From assembly GCA_012295275.1 (NCBI GenBank), contig CM022665.1, forward strand, positions 372,001 through 436,000: 64,000 nt of DNA, in the 5' to 3' direction. Each line of letters opens with the position of its first letter. The first letter of the stretch is position 1. Shown here piece by piece: positions 1-12,399 of the stretch. The position numbers and the translations under genes were made by a program. The notes beneath the pieces are model-generated. The model was not told the origin of the DNA, did no database searches, and saw nothing but the letters and a program-made list of their open reading frames with translations. The stretch comes from Chrysomallon squamiferum. Its lineage: Eukaryota; Animalia; Mollusca.

Positions 1-481
1 ATTTAATCTTCTGTACTTTTATGTGGTAAAGAACTCTGTTTTATTCTTTATCAACAATACCTGTGAAGCAAAGAAGTAATTCACTTATTTAGTACGCAAT
101 AAAATATTGACATATCGTAATTTCAGTGTCTCACAGGACCCTACCCTGATTTTACTACACTCATACCTTTCAATTAATATACAAACGTCAACATCTATTG
201 TTTATTTTAATTAGTGAATGTTTGTCAGTGATTTGGGATTATTGCAAGTGAGACAAATTTCCCCTTCGTTTCCCAGTTTTAAGAATTATCCCAAAAGATA
301 AGCGTGGAGTTTCATTAATGTCCTGGTTTCGTTTTCAAATAGTTTATCTGTCTGTGAGTGTGCATTTTTATAATCTGAATGACAACTACATAAATATATT
401 ACATTAATAATTACTTTCTCATAAACGTTAGCTGATGTTAATTTTACACATTTTATGTTTTCTGTATTTCTGAAATTACAG

Positions 482-547
482 GTTTAACCTATGAACTAAC
501 GGAAATCATGGCACAGAAAACTTGTCCCACATTAAGCACAATAAAAG
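482..547 (+). CDS. IAP-A upstream 66-nt phase 1-1 exon ([21 protein letters not shown])
   Basis: Acceptor tgaaattacag|, donor aag|gtatgt. Joins exon 1408 in frame. The upstream intron is homologous to the intron preceding 22465 in copy B. Confidence 0.6.
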
Positions 548-3500
548 GTATGTACAATTTAATTTATTTTGTTTTTACAATTTTGTAAATTTAGTAATTT
601 TGGAAAGATGATGAAAGAACACAGAAAGTAGTAAAAAATAAATATATTATTACATGATTAAACCTTCTTAGATTAGAGTCATGCTTTATGTAACACGTCA
701 CGCTCGTTTTATTAAAACCTAATTTGGGTATTCGTCATCATCCGTAATGACTTTTGACTTGAGGGTTTTCGTAAATTTGTTGTTGTTTTTCTAAACTTTA
801 TATATATATATATATATGTATATTTTTATATTTAATTTTTTTTTTAATTTCTGTTCGTTCAATAATTTTGTATCTACGATTAAAGATCACAGTGTTTGTA
901 TTTGAAATATTATTTTTTAATAAAATGATTATAATGAGAATAAACTTTGTTAATTTTGTTTCATGTCTTCGACAATTTATTTATTAATAAGAAGATAATT
1001 ATCTAAGTCTTACTTTGGATCTTGAACAGTTTTATTTTTTGCCTCTCGTCTATTTTCTGCTTAACTGACTATTCCTGACGTTCTCATGTACTCTGATGAA
1101 TGCTACTTCTTTAGAAGAGAAATAATTTTTCTATCTTCTTGTTGTAAAAAATCATTTAAAACATAAACGCTTAATTTTCTATCTGAAAATGATCTGCGAA
1201 TGAAAAATGTTTTCAAGATTGTAAATGAAATTTAAAATGAACATCCATCTTAAAATGAACTTCCTTACCACTGATATTCAATGATGTTTTCCAGGGAATA
1301 AATCATATAAAATGAAAACAAAACTCTCAACATGATTAACCTATAGTTTGTAAGTCTATCAGACACACAGAATATTTTAAATTTTACATAAATGTTTTAT
1401 CTTATAGACACGTCAGCAATGAGAAGTGATGAGAGAGAACAGCTGAGAAGTGATGAGAGAGAACAGTTGAGAAGTGATGAGAGAGAACAGAGTAGAAGTG
1501 ATGAGAGAGAACAGTTGAGAAGTGATGAGACAGAACAGTGGAGAAGTGATCAAAGAGAACAGCTGAGAAGTGATGAGAGAGAACAGTTGAGAAGTGATGA
1601 GACAGAACAACTGAGAAGTGATGAGATAGAACAGCTGAGAAGTGATGCGATAGAACAGTTGAGAAGTGATGAGACAGAACAGTTGAGAAGTGATGAGACA
1701 GAACAGTTGAGAAGTGATGAGACAGAACAGGTGAGAAATGATGAGACAGAACAGCTGAGAAGTGATGAGATAGAACAGCTGAGAAGTGATGAAATAGAAC
1801 AGTTGAGAAGTGATGAGACAGAACAGTTGAGAAGTGATGAGACAGAACAGTGGAGAAGTGATGAGACAGAACAGTTGAGAAGTGATGAGACAGAACAGTT
1901 GAGAAGTGATGAGACAGAACAGTGGAGAAGTGATGAGACAGAACAGTTGAGAAGTGATGAGAGAGAACAGTTGAGAAGTGATGAGACAGAACAGTGGAGA
2001 AGTGATGAGACAGAACAGTTGAGAAGTGATGAGACAGAACAGTGGAGAAGTGATGAGACAAAACAGTGGAGAAGTGATGAGACAGAACATTTGAGAAGTG
2101 ATGTGAGAGAACAGTTGAGAAGTGATGAGACAGAACAGTGGAGAAGTAATGAGACAGAACAGTTGAAAAGTGATGAGAGAGAACAGCTGAGAAGTGATGT
2201 GAGAGAACAATTGAGAAGTGATGAGAAAGAACAGCTGAGAAGTGATGAGAGAGAACAGTTGAGAAGTTATGAGACAGAACAGTTGAGAGGTGATGAGACA
2301 GAACAGTGGAGAAGTGATGAGACAGAACAGCTGAGAAGTGATGAGACAAAACAGTGGAGAGGTGATGAGACAAAACAGTGGAGAGGTGATGAGACAGAAC
2401 AGTGGAGAAGTGATGAGAGAGAACAGCTGAGAAGTGATGAGAGAGAACAGTTGAGAAGTGATGAGAGAGAACAGAGTAGAAGTGATGAGAGAGAACAGTT
2501 GAGAAGTGATGAGACAGAACAGTGGAGAAGTGATCAAAGAGAACAGCTGAGAAGTGATGAGAGAGAACAGTTGAGAAGTGATGAGACAGAACAACTGAGA
2601 AGTGATGAGATAGAACAGCTGAGAAGTGATGCGATAGAACAGTTGAGAAGTGATGAGACAGAACAGTTGAGAAGTGATGAGACAGAACAGTTGAGAAGTG
2701 ATGAGACAGAACAGGTGAGAAATGATGAGACAGAACAGCTGAGAAGTGATGAGATAGAACAGCTGAGAAGTGATGAAATAGAACAGTTGAGAAGTGATGA
2801 GACAGAACAGTTGAGAAGTGATGAGACAGAACAGTGGAGAAGTGATGAGACAGAACAGTTGAGAAGTGATGAGACAGAACAGTTGAGAAGTGATGAGACA
2901 GAACAGTGGAGAAGTGATGAGACAGAACAGTTGAGAAGTGATGAGAGAGAACAGTTGAGAAGTGATGAGACAGAACAGTGGAGAAGTGATGAGACAGAAC
3001 AGTTGAGAAGTGATGAGACAGAACAGTGGAGAAGTGATGAGACAAAACAGTGGAGAAGTGATGAGACAGAACATTTGAGAAGTGATGTGAGAGAACAGTT
3101 GAGAAGTGATGAGACAGAACAGTGGAGAAGTAATGAGACAGAACAGTTGAAAAGTGATGAGAGAGAACAGCTGAGAAGTGATGTGAGAGAACAATTGAGA
3201 AGTGATGAGAAAGAACAGCTGAGAAGTGATGAGAGAGAACAGTTGAGAAGTTATGAGACAGAACAGTTGAGAGGTGATGAGACAGAACAGTGGAGAAGTG
3301 ATGAGACAGAACAGCTGAGAAGTGATGAGACAAAACAGTGGAGAGGTGATGAGACAAAACAGTGGAGAGGTGATGAGACAGAACAGTGGAGAAGTGATGA
3401 GAGAGAACAGTTGAGAAGTGATGAGACAAAACAGTGGAGAGGTGATGAGACAAAACAGTGGAGAGGTGATGAGACAGAACAGTGGAGAAGTGATGTTGCC

Positions 3501-5471
3501 TCTAATGATTCTCATCAAAGTTCTTCACAGCTCAGTCTCAGTAATTTACCAATCCTTCAGCTGTCCGGTTTTATGTCTGGAAGCTCCTCTACATCAGCCC
3601 CGACACTGCATGCACTACGTCACAGCGACTACTTCAACGTACAACGAAGTATTTCGTCTTTTGAACACCGATGGGCACATCCTGACATCCGGTCTCTGAG
3701 AGAGCTGGCAGAAGCCGGTTTCTTCATCTCTGGTTAGTGTTACTGCTGTTTAATTAGAAATCTTCACATTTTAGTAATCATTTGCAAATCTTCTTCGACT
3801 GCTCTATATTTTTTATCATTTACATTTTAAGTCTTTTACATTTTAATGTTCATTTGCTAATAAGACTTGAAATTACTGACATTTTACCTGACGTTTTAAT
3901 ATTGATATAGTCATTTCAGAATTTTGAGACTGATTTTGAATTTGGGTATTTTGACAGTCATCTGAAATCTCTGAAAGATCGATTGCAACATCATACATTA
4001 AGTTTTATGTATATGTATGTATTTCTATATGTGTGTATTTCTATGTGAGTGTCCATCTATGTGTGTATGTGTTTGTGTGTCAGTATTAGCAGAGTTTTGG
4101 TGGATGTATGTGTCACAGGAAATGTATACAGTTATGAACAAGTACATTCATGTATAAACAGGCAATTCACGTGATAGCACGTCCTGCTTTTACTGCGGAG
4201 GAGGACTTAGAAATTGGAAGCAGGGAGATAACCCTTACGTGGAACACGCCAGATGGTTTCCACGATGTGATTTCATCAGACAGGTGAAGGGAGACAGTTT
4301 TGTTGATTTAGTTCAAGAAATGAATGAAAATGAAGAGGAGGTAACTAGTTGACATTTTTAATTTTACCATGAAATTATTAAACTTGTGTAACTACATATA
4401 TTTGTGTTTTCACAAGGATTTGAACAGTTTCTTAAATTTAATTTATATTTTGTAATCTTTATTTTCTCTTTCCTTGGATATTTTGTTTATTATTTGCTTA
4501 TTTAATTAGTTAAGTTAGTTTTAAAATTTCGGTTATCTTATGTTTTTGTGTCATTATTATTATTACAATTATTATTTATGTTCTTTTTTTAGTACTACTA
4601 CTGCTGGTACTATTGTCATTATTGTTGCTGTTGTTGTTGTTATTATATCATTAATCTATTTTAGAGCAACTGTAACACAGATATTAATCTACATGGAGAA
4701 ACGAGTGACGAATTTATCGAAACAACAAGAAACAGAGAACTTGGAGCTTCAGGTATATTGTTGTTTTATTTCATTCATTTTATTATTTTCATTTTATAAG
4801 TATTGTTGTTATTTCTTCTTTTTTTTTTTTTTTTTTGCTGTTGATATTAGTATTGTTATTAATGTTATTGTTACAATTATCATGACTACTCGTTTTGTTT
4901 TGGTTGTTGTTGTTATTATTATTATTATTATTATTACTACAATTACATTTTATTCATTTATTTTTGTATTATTATTTATTTATTTATTACTGATGTTGTT
5001 ATTATTGTTATTGTTGTTGTCATTGATGTTAGCTGTAATGAAATTATTATTATTATTATTATTATCATTATTATTATTACTGTTGTTGTTGTAACATGAT
5101 ATATTTAAGAAAGAAAGAAATACATAAACATTTTTTGTATATTCGTCTACAAATTATTTGTTTCAAAGGTTATGTGTAATAAACATTTCAAGTTATTTGA
5201 TTTATTTTAAACTGTCCTTTGTTACAAAATACACACATTATTTAACGTATAAGAATTATATTGTTCTTAATACGTTATCTGATATTTAACAGATTCCTTG
5301 CCGGGTGGTAATGAGGAACTCATCTGCAAAGTTTGTCTTGAAAAGAAGGTCAGAATAGTTTTCCTGCCCTGCGGTCATCTTTGTTGCTGTGAAGATTGTG
5401 CGCCCAGACTGCGAATATGTCCACTCTGTAGAGAGATAATCCTAGCCACTGTGCGAGCTTTCTTGTGTTAA
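482..5471 (+). CDS. IAP (BIR-RING, BIRC-family E3 ligase) paralog A, spliced, probably 5'-partial: exons 482-547, 1408-3732, 4162-4340, 4665-4752, 5293-5471; acidic repeat + one BIR + RING
   Basis: All introns are GT..AG with compatible phases (1,1,0,1). The spliced frame is open to TAA at 5469-5471 and contains a BIR (CFYC-X16-H-X6-C) and a C-terminal C3HC4 RING typical of IAPs. Confidence 0.85.
1408..3732 (+). CDS. IAP-A large exon: about 86 octapeptide repeats, short Ser-rich segment and N-terminal half of the BIR ([14 protein letters not shown]...[11 protein letters not shown])
   Basis: Within ORF 1392..3737; acceptor cttatag| at 1407, donor tctg|gttagt at 3733; LAEAGF BIR motif. Confidence 0.85.
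1422..3494 (+). repeat. Coding 24-bp minisatellite (AGAAGTGATGAGACAGAACAGTTG-like, about 86 units) with an internal 984-bp (41-unit) higher-order duplication
   Basis: Directly visible. Rare variants recur at +984: agtaga 1491/2475, gcga 1647/2631. Confidence 0.97.
4162..4340 (+). CDS. IAP-A BIR C-terminal exon ([48 protein letters not shown]...)
   Basis: acag| acceptor, gag|gtaact donor; CX2CX16HX6C zinc ligands. Confidence 0.92.
4665..4752 (+). CDS. IAP-A linker exon ([29 protein letters not shown]), phase 0-1
   Basis: ttttag| acceptor, cag|gtatat donor. Phase bridges the BIR and RING exons; 3' part resembles copy B exon 26157-26231. Confidence 0.7.
5293..5471 (+). CDS. IAP-A terminal RING exon ([52 protein letters not shown])
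   Basis: aacag| acceptor; IAP-type C3HC4 RING ending close to the C-terminus. Confidence 0.93.
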
Positions 5472-5599
5472 TCTGATTCTAACCATTTTTATTATAATTT
5501 ATTTTTATTTTTCTATTTTATAATAATTATTACTATTATTATTATTATTATTTTTTTTTTTTTTTTTTTTTTTTTAAGATGACGATATGTTGAATTTTA

Positions 5600-6960
5600 A
5601 TTCATTTTAATTTGGTGTCAGTGGACAGTTTACTCGCGAGATTGTGGAACGCAGAAAACGTTTATGGGCAAAGCTTACTGAAAACATGGACTGCGTGTGA
5701 CATTAGTGGTTGACAGACTTTTTATTGAAGGAAGTCAATGGTGCTTAGATACTCAGACACAAGACAGACATCACGAATCGAACATCCACAGATTACAAAT
5801 TGTAAATCCAAAAGCCGGAGATCGACACTGGCGACAATCAAGATGAACTGACTGAAATATCTAACAACCACTGTCACACAATTACAGTTAACACTCTGAT
5901 CTGTAAATATTGTATTTTTAAATCTCTGCGGCTTGAAAACTAAACTGTATATACCAGAATTTTAAAACGTTTTTAATCAGTATGATATTTTGTGTTTAGT
6001 AGAAACAAAACTTGATGATACTGATAAGGTAGAAATACCAGATTATACAGTAAATACAAATAATAGAATTGGAAAATCATGTGCTAAATCGGGCGGCACG
6101 TGTCTAGCTGTCAAAAGTAATATCAGTTCAAAAGTACAAGATTGTAATAACAATATCTGAATATGTATTATGGTTTAAATTTAAATCTAGAAAAACATCT
6201 ACTATATTTTCTGGTGTTGTATATATACCACCTAAAGTCTCTCGCTATTTTAACAGTGATACTTTTAACGTGTTGCAAGAGGAACTTAATAACATACCTG
6301 CTGAAAACTAGAAACATGTTATATACACAAGCACAGAAGGGATTGCATTCAATTCTACAACAAGGAAGATGTCATAATATTTCTATTCAGTGTCAACTAA
6401 AATTATTTTAACGCGTGGTTCTACCAGTTCTCCTGCATGGTAGCGAAATTTGGGAATTTGAAAATGTGTCATTACTTGAAAAATTACATTACCGGTTTAT
6501 GAAATTGTTATTACCAGTAAGGAAATCTGCTCTGTTGTACTCATTAAATGGAGAACTTGGACTTATCCAGTATATACTGCTGTAAAAGTAAAAGGTATTA
6601 TTTACTAGTATCGAATGATCACGGGAAAGCAGTCTAAGTTTATATTACTAGTGTACAGACTATTGCTGAATGTTAACAATAACACTTTCAATCACAAATG
6701 GATATTATTTAACTCTAAAAAAGCTGGTGTCTTTAGAGAACTTTCTATTTTCTGTAATCTAATCATGAATTTTTTCAAATTCTCTGGTTCATATATTGAT
6801 ATATTATAAAGCTTTTTTTAATATGTACATTACTGTAAATCCATCATCTTGTTATAATTATTATAATTATATTAAATTTTGTATGAATGTATTTTCATAA
6901 GCCGTACATTACGGTCTGAGTGTAAATACAGTTCAGTTCAGGTGGTTACGTAACCGCTGT
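5600..6960 (+). mobile_element. Degenerate, internally deleted non-LTR retrotransposon (LINE) relic downstream of IAP-A
   Basis: ORF1-like pieces (QFTREIVERRKRLW, LVVDRLFIEG), AP-endonuclease motifs (LNLCGLKTK, YDILCLVETK, SGGTCLAVK, YIPP) and a post-RT motif (VLPVLLHGSEIW). Stops and frameshifts present; no RT core seen. Confidence 0.75.
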
Positions 6961-8711
6961 AAAATAGTTTAATAAAAGAACTGAGAACGTAATGAAAAAA
7001 TCAGTTTCCACTACAAAGTAATTCCAGACGTTGTTATTTTCTAGATGTGCGTTTTATAACTAATTTTCATTTGATTTTATTATGTTGATATATGCTTTGA
7101 TATTATGTGTTTATATTAGACTGCTTACTTAATCTAATACATTACTATAAACCATAGATTATTGTAAGAAACATGACAGATGAATAACATTTATGAAATA
7201 CAAAAGATAAAGAAACTTAATTATGTAGATGATGTCACAATTTAAAACAGAGTATTTAAAATACGATTTTGTCGCATTCAGAGAAATGTGAGTTATTACT
7301 GTTACTCTGATGATGTGTTTGAGGTATTTCTTGATGATTGTTTTATAATGTACCTGAATACTGAACGTGTGTAGTACACTTATTTAGCTTATGAACCAAA
7401 TACGCGAAATATAATGTGTGAACAATGTCGAATACCAATAGGAAAAATATATAACACCTAAGGTAAATACAATGCAATATGCATTATGACCCTCACATTA
7501 TTAGAAAACTAATAACAGAACATATAAAAGATATATATATATATATATATGCCCATCCTGTGTATCATTATATAATTTTCCATACTGTAATGACTATAAA
7601 CAGTCGCTAGATAAAAAGAAATAATGTACTAGATATATTTATAAATTATAGGTTTTTCGGAGGGAATTGTATTTGCTTTATTTGTTTATAATATTATTTT
7701 ACTCGTGTTCGTTTAAAAGAAATCTTTACAAATAAAATAGTTTGGAAAAGAATAATAACAATAAAAACATGTGTCATTATTATTAATGTTTTCATGTATA
7801 CATTTGTGTGTGTATGTGTGTGTGTGTCTGTATAAACATATTTATATATTTACATGAGTATGTATCTATGTGTGTATGTATGTATGTATGAATACATGTA
7901 TATATGAATGTCGGAATGTATGTCAGATTCTAAATTATATTACCATCTAAGCAAGCGGTAAATTCAAATCGTTAAATAACTATTTTTATATTTATTTGTT
8001 TGAGTCTACTCACATACATTTTTATTTGTCTACATAATTACCTTTTTATTTGTGTCTACTTAATTTCCTTTTATTTGTATCTACTTAATTACTTTTTTTA
8101 TTAGTATTAACGTGATTACATCTCTCTCTATAACCTTATAGATAAGAACTTTGTAAGTAATTTCATTCAGCAGATTCGTTCTTTTATGCCAAAAAAAGGT
8201 AATAATTGTTAAAGTCATATTTATTTTCAGAACCACGGTTTTAAAAAAATATAATTTTTGTGTTGTTCACTGCAGAAATCTAACAAAAAATAAAATAGTT
8301 TGAAATGAGGTATTCTGTTGTCACTAAAGATATTTGCGTGTCATTATTATTATACTTATTATCATCATTGTCGTCGTGGTTGTCATAATCATCATCATCA
8401 TCATTCTTAATGTTTATATCTATACATGCATGTGAAACTCAAAATACAAAGTAACTTTCTTTGTTAGTTCGTTCGTTCATTTATTTGTTCATTAATTTAT
8501 TCATTCATTTATTAATTTATTTATTCATTCATTCATTCATTCAGTTACCTACTTTTATCATTAAGTCCCTTCTACTTACTTACTGCTGCAAAAATGTCTA
8601 CTCTTAATTAGCTTACACATTCTTCTTTTCCCTTCTGTAATTTTCTTTCGCTGGAGAAATGCTGAAATTCAAAATAATTAACCGATGTTTTTTTTTTAAT
8701 GTTAAAATTAC

Positions 8712-8755
<44 letters not shown>

Positions 8756-8899
8756 AAAAAAAAAAAGGCTTAACATGAAATATATTAATAATATCTTGAT
8801 ATATACATAGTGCAAAATAATATAAATTTTATCCTCACTGTCATCATAAGATTACTCAAGTTTTACATGAAAACCTTCTTCAGGTAAGTAGATAATTAA

Positions 8900-9530
8900 A
8901 TCTAACCATAATGCTAAACCTCACCCTAACAGTAAACCTAACACTAACACTAAACATAACCCTGATGCTAACATTAACCCTAAACCTCACCCTAACACTA
9001 ACACTAACACTAACACTAAACATAACCCTGATGCTAACATTAACCCTAAACCTCATCCTAACACTAACACTAACACTAAACATAACCCTGATGCTAACAT
9101 TAACCCTAAACCTCATCCTAACACTAACACTAACACTAAACATAACCCTGATGCTAACATTAACCCTAAACCTCACCCTAACAGTAAACCTAACACTAAC
9201 ACTAAACATAGCCCTGATGCTAACATTAACCCTAAACCTCACCCTAACACTAACGCTAACACTAAACATAACCCTGATGCTAACATTAACCCTAAACCTC
9301 AACACTAAACATAACCCTAACACTAACACTAACACTAACACTAAACATAACCCTGATGCTAACATTAACCCTAAACCTCATCCTAACACTAACACTAACA
9401 CTAAACATAACCCTGATGCTAACATTAACCCTAAACCTCATCCTAACATTAACCCTAAACCTCATCCTAACACTAACACTAACACTAAACATAACCCTGA
9501 TGCTAACATTAACCCTAAACCTTACCCTAG
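8900..9530 (+). repeat. Telomere-like minisatellite: 60-bp higher-order unit built from degenerate TAACCC/TAACAC hexamers; short pure TAACCC remnants at about 9690-9730
   Basis: The 60-nt line at 9061 is repeated almost exactly at 9121 and, with one extra hexamer, around 9001; hexamer periodicity throughout. Confidence 0.9.
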
Positions 9531-10609
9531 ATATCATATTACTTCTAGCAATATGATAAATTAACCAATGTTATACCAACAATCCTAATAAACTTTCCCA
9601 AGTTAATATTTTGAAATAAAAGTTGTTTTAATTTTTACACCAGGTTATAAAACTCCATTGCGGTAAACAGATAATTTAATTTAACCCTATTGCTAACCCT
9701 AATCCTAATAGATAATCTAACCCTAACCCTAGCTGTGTTAATCTGTTTTAAACTGTTTTAAAGATGACGATGAGATGAACTTTAATTCGCCTGTGAATCA
9801 TGTAACAAAGAGTATGAGTTGATTTGTTTGAGTTTCACACTAAGAATTTCAAGTTTCTTTCGTTTTTTATATTACATGCTCAGGTCTATCACTTTAGTTT
9901 AGTATTTCATAGAATAACTAATTTTAAAATAATAATAATAATAATAATAATAATAGAAATGTATATATAGATATACACAGTAAAAGAGTAGGTAATACAT
10001 ATTTTTGTTTAGTGTGTCCAAACCAATAATAAAGATAATTATTGTTGTTCAGTCAAGCTTTTGTCGACTGGTAAAATTAATTTTTGAACAGTTTTATGAT
10101 AAACCGTATTGTCATAGATAACAACTTTTATAAATTATTTTATTTGGCAGTTTAGTTCTTTTATATCAAAAAATAATAATAACCATCTAAATTATATTTA
10201 TTTATATTTGTTTAAAATATTGTTTTACTGTTGTTCACTGTAGACATTTCTCAAAAGAAATACATTAATAAACAAATGAAATCATATTTGTCAGTTATTA
10301 TCTATGTATGTCTGTATCTATGTAAAAATCTAAATGACATAATCATCTAAGCTTATGGGAAATTCTCAATAACTGTGTATTTAGGAATGAATTTTCTACT
10401 CAGATCAAGTCCGATTATATTAATTCCGTCTGCACGAATCTAAAGGATTTTCTCACAGAGAGAAAGAAAAATATCTGTAAAATTTTATTAACTTCGCTTT
10501 CTGCAAACCTGTTACTAAATCTATTATAAAGTAAATATCAGCATATGAAAAATTATTCAGATTAACGTAACCCAAATTGTCTTAGCCATTTGACATCTAT
10601 ATTGGCATT

Positions 10610-10611
<2 letters not shown>

Positions 10612-10694
<83 letters not shown>
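10612..10694. repeat. (TC)n microsatellite. Others: (AC)n 8713-8750, (AAT)n 11008-11057, (TAC)n 11503-11567, (GT)n(AG)n 13425-13487, (ATT)n 13761-13841
   Basis: Directly visible. Confidence 0.95.
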
Positions 10695-10697
<3 letters not shown>

Positions 10698-11007
10698 ATA
10701 AAAGATTAACTAAGGTCCTGTTACGTTTTGTGATATGCGATTCCACTTGAGCAAACCTGACCCGTGGATCGGATTTAAGGAAAGGGTTGAAGGTTAATAA
10801 TCTTATCATTAGTAGAGTATAATCTTACAACAGTATGTATCGATAATAAAGCGGTTACTTCAGAAACAAGGTTACAGGATACGCCGAGACATTTTCCCAG
10901 CATGGCTAACAGCTGTGTGAGTGGGTGGTGCTGGTTTGGTATGACTGCAGCCTTCTTGTCCGTCGTTGTCGTCTTTTCTGTCCACTTCAAAGGCAACGAA
11001 TTGAATA

Positions 11008-11060
<53 letters not shown>

Positions 11061-11502
11061 CAATAATAATAATAAGAAGAAGAAGAAGAAGAAGAAAAAC
11101 ATTTTTAAATATTTGCGACATTTATTTCTAATTTAAACTAAAGCATATTTAATGACGAGTTGAATTATAAAAAGTTGTATAAAATATACAAAATATACTT
11201 AGAAATGTTGATTTTTCAAATATCACTATAATGTAATGCCGGCTAATTTTTAAATGCTCCGTATATGCTGCATACACGATACATGTTTTCATACAGTAAA
11301 AATAAAGATCTGAACGAAATTAATATTAATTATTATTCGTGCTGAAACAACAGAACCCTAAAAATGATAAATTAATGTCCTGTTTGAGTGATGCAGGATC
11401 AATGAGAGAGAGCTCAACAGCTGGGACTGTCCTTTACAGAATATCGTGTCAACCAGACGTTGATATGCGGATATTCAGCGTTCTTTTCACTGACTACTCC
11501 TT

Positions 11503-11567
<65 letters not shown>

Positions 11568-12399
11568 GATGATGATAATAATAATAGTAATACAAAATAA
11601 TAATAAAAACAATAAGAATAATAAGAAGAAGAAGAAATAATAGTAGTAGTAATAGAGTTAGTAACAATAACAGTAATAACAATAATAATAATAATAATAA
11701 TAACAACAATTTAAAAATACAAAATACAGTCGATTCTCTCTTCATATAAAAATTACTATTTAAAAATTGGATTTGCTGAACTCTTACTTTATCTGGGTAC
11801 AGATAAAGTCACAGCTAATCATCACATCCTTCTCTTTTGTGTGGAAGTTTTCAAACTGCTATTGGCAATCTGATATATGTACACATACAAACTGTTTTTT
11901 CTAAAGCGGTTTTCTTTGCTTTTCTGTTTATTCTCAGCTCAGTCTTTCGTAAATAAAAAAGTAGGGTACAAAAGGGAAGTTCACATATACAGCTAACAAA
12001 TAGTCTGGCTTGCAATAATGCAGTTGTGACATTGTGAAATGTTACTATCATAATCGCAAAACAGCGGAGTTGTTGTCGGCACAAATACAATAGTTTAACG
12101 GAAAGGTTAGCGTTTAGTCGTCACAGTTCATAATCACATTCATTAAAACTGTTCATAGCCTTAAAACGTTTCATACCAGTAGCTACCTTCTAATTTGTTA
12201 ATAGTTAGTAAAACTGACTACAACCGCTTAATATAGTTCGTATTCTGTTTACGTCTTATTTCGACCAACTATTACAAAGCAAATGACGTGTTTTAAGTAT
12301 AAATTTTAATATTAGGAATTATGCTGCAACTATCAAAAGTTAGATCCGATCCATATACTCAGTCTGTGTAGAAGCTGAACAACAAGGACATGTTACACT

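Noticed and set aside
508-522. Possible N-terminal IAP-binding motif after Met removal (AQKT)
   Set aside because: Does not fit the AVPI-type consensus, and the ATG may be internal.
1422-3494. CRISPR-like regular repeat
   Set aside because: Head-to-tail units without unique spacers, in a spliced eukaryotic gene with no cas genes.
1402-3518. Long antisense ORFs (LSHHFSTV and LFCLITSQ repeats), likewise at 22410-23716
   Set aside because: Shadow frames of the purine-rich minisatellite; they end with the repeat and connect to no domain.
4540-5094. 184-aa hydrophobic ORF and similar ORFs (13145, 26280, 43608, 63241)
   Set aside because: Translations of (TTA/TTG)n intronic microsatellites.
8880-9564. 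ORFs of 66-217 aa on both strands
   Set aside because: Products of the telomere-like hexamer repeat.
255-10366. Isolated kappaB-like sites (AAATTTCCCC near 255, GGGAAATTCT near 10357)
   Set aside because: Single imperfect matches are expected by chance in AT-rich DNA.
10775-11102. Short minus-strand ORFs in a GC-richer island
   Set aside because: No recognisable motif and no consistent coding exon chain.
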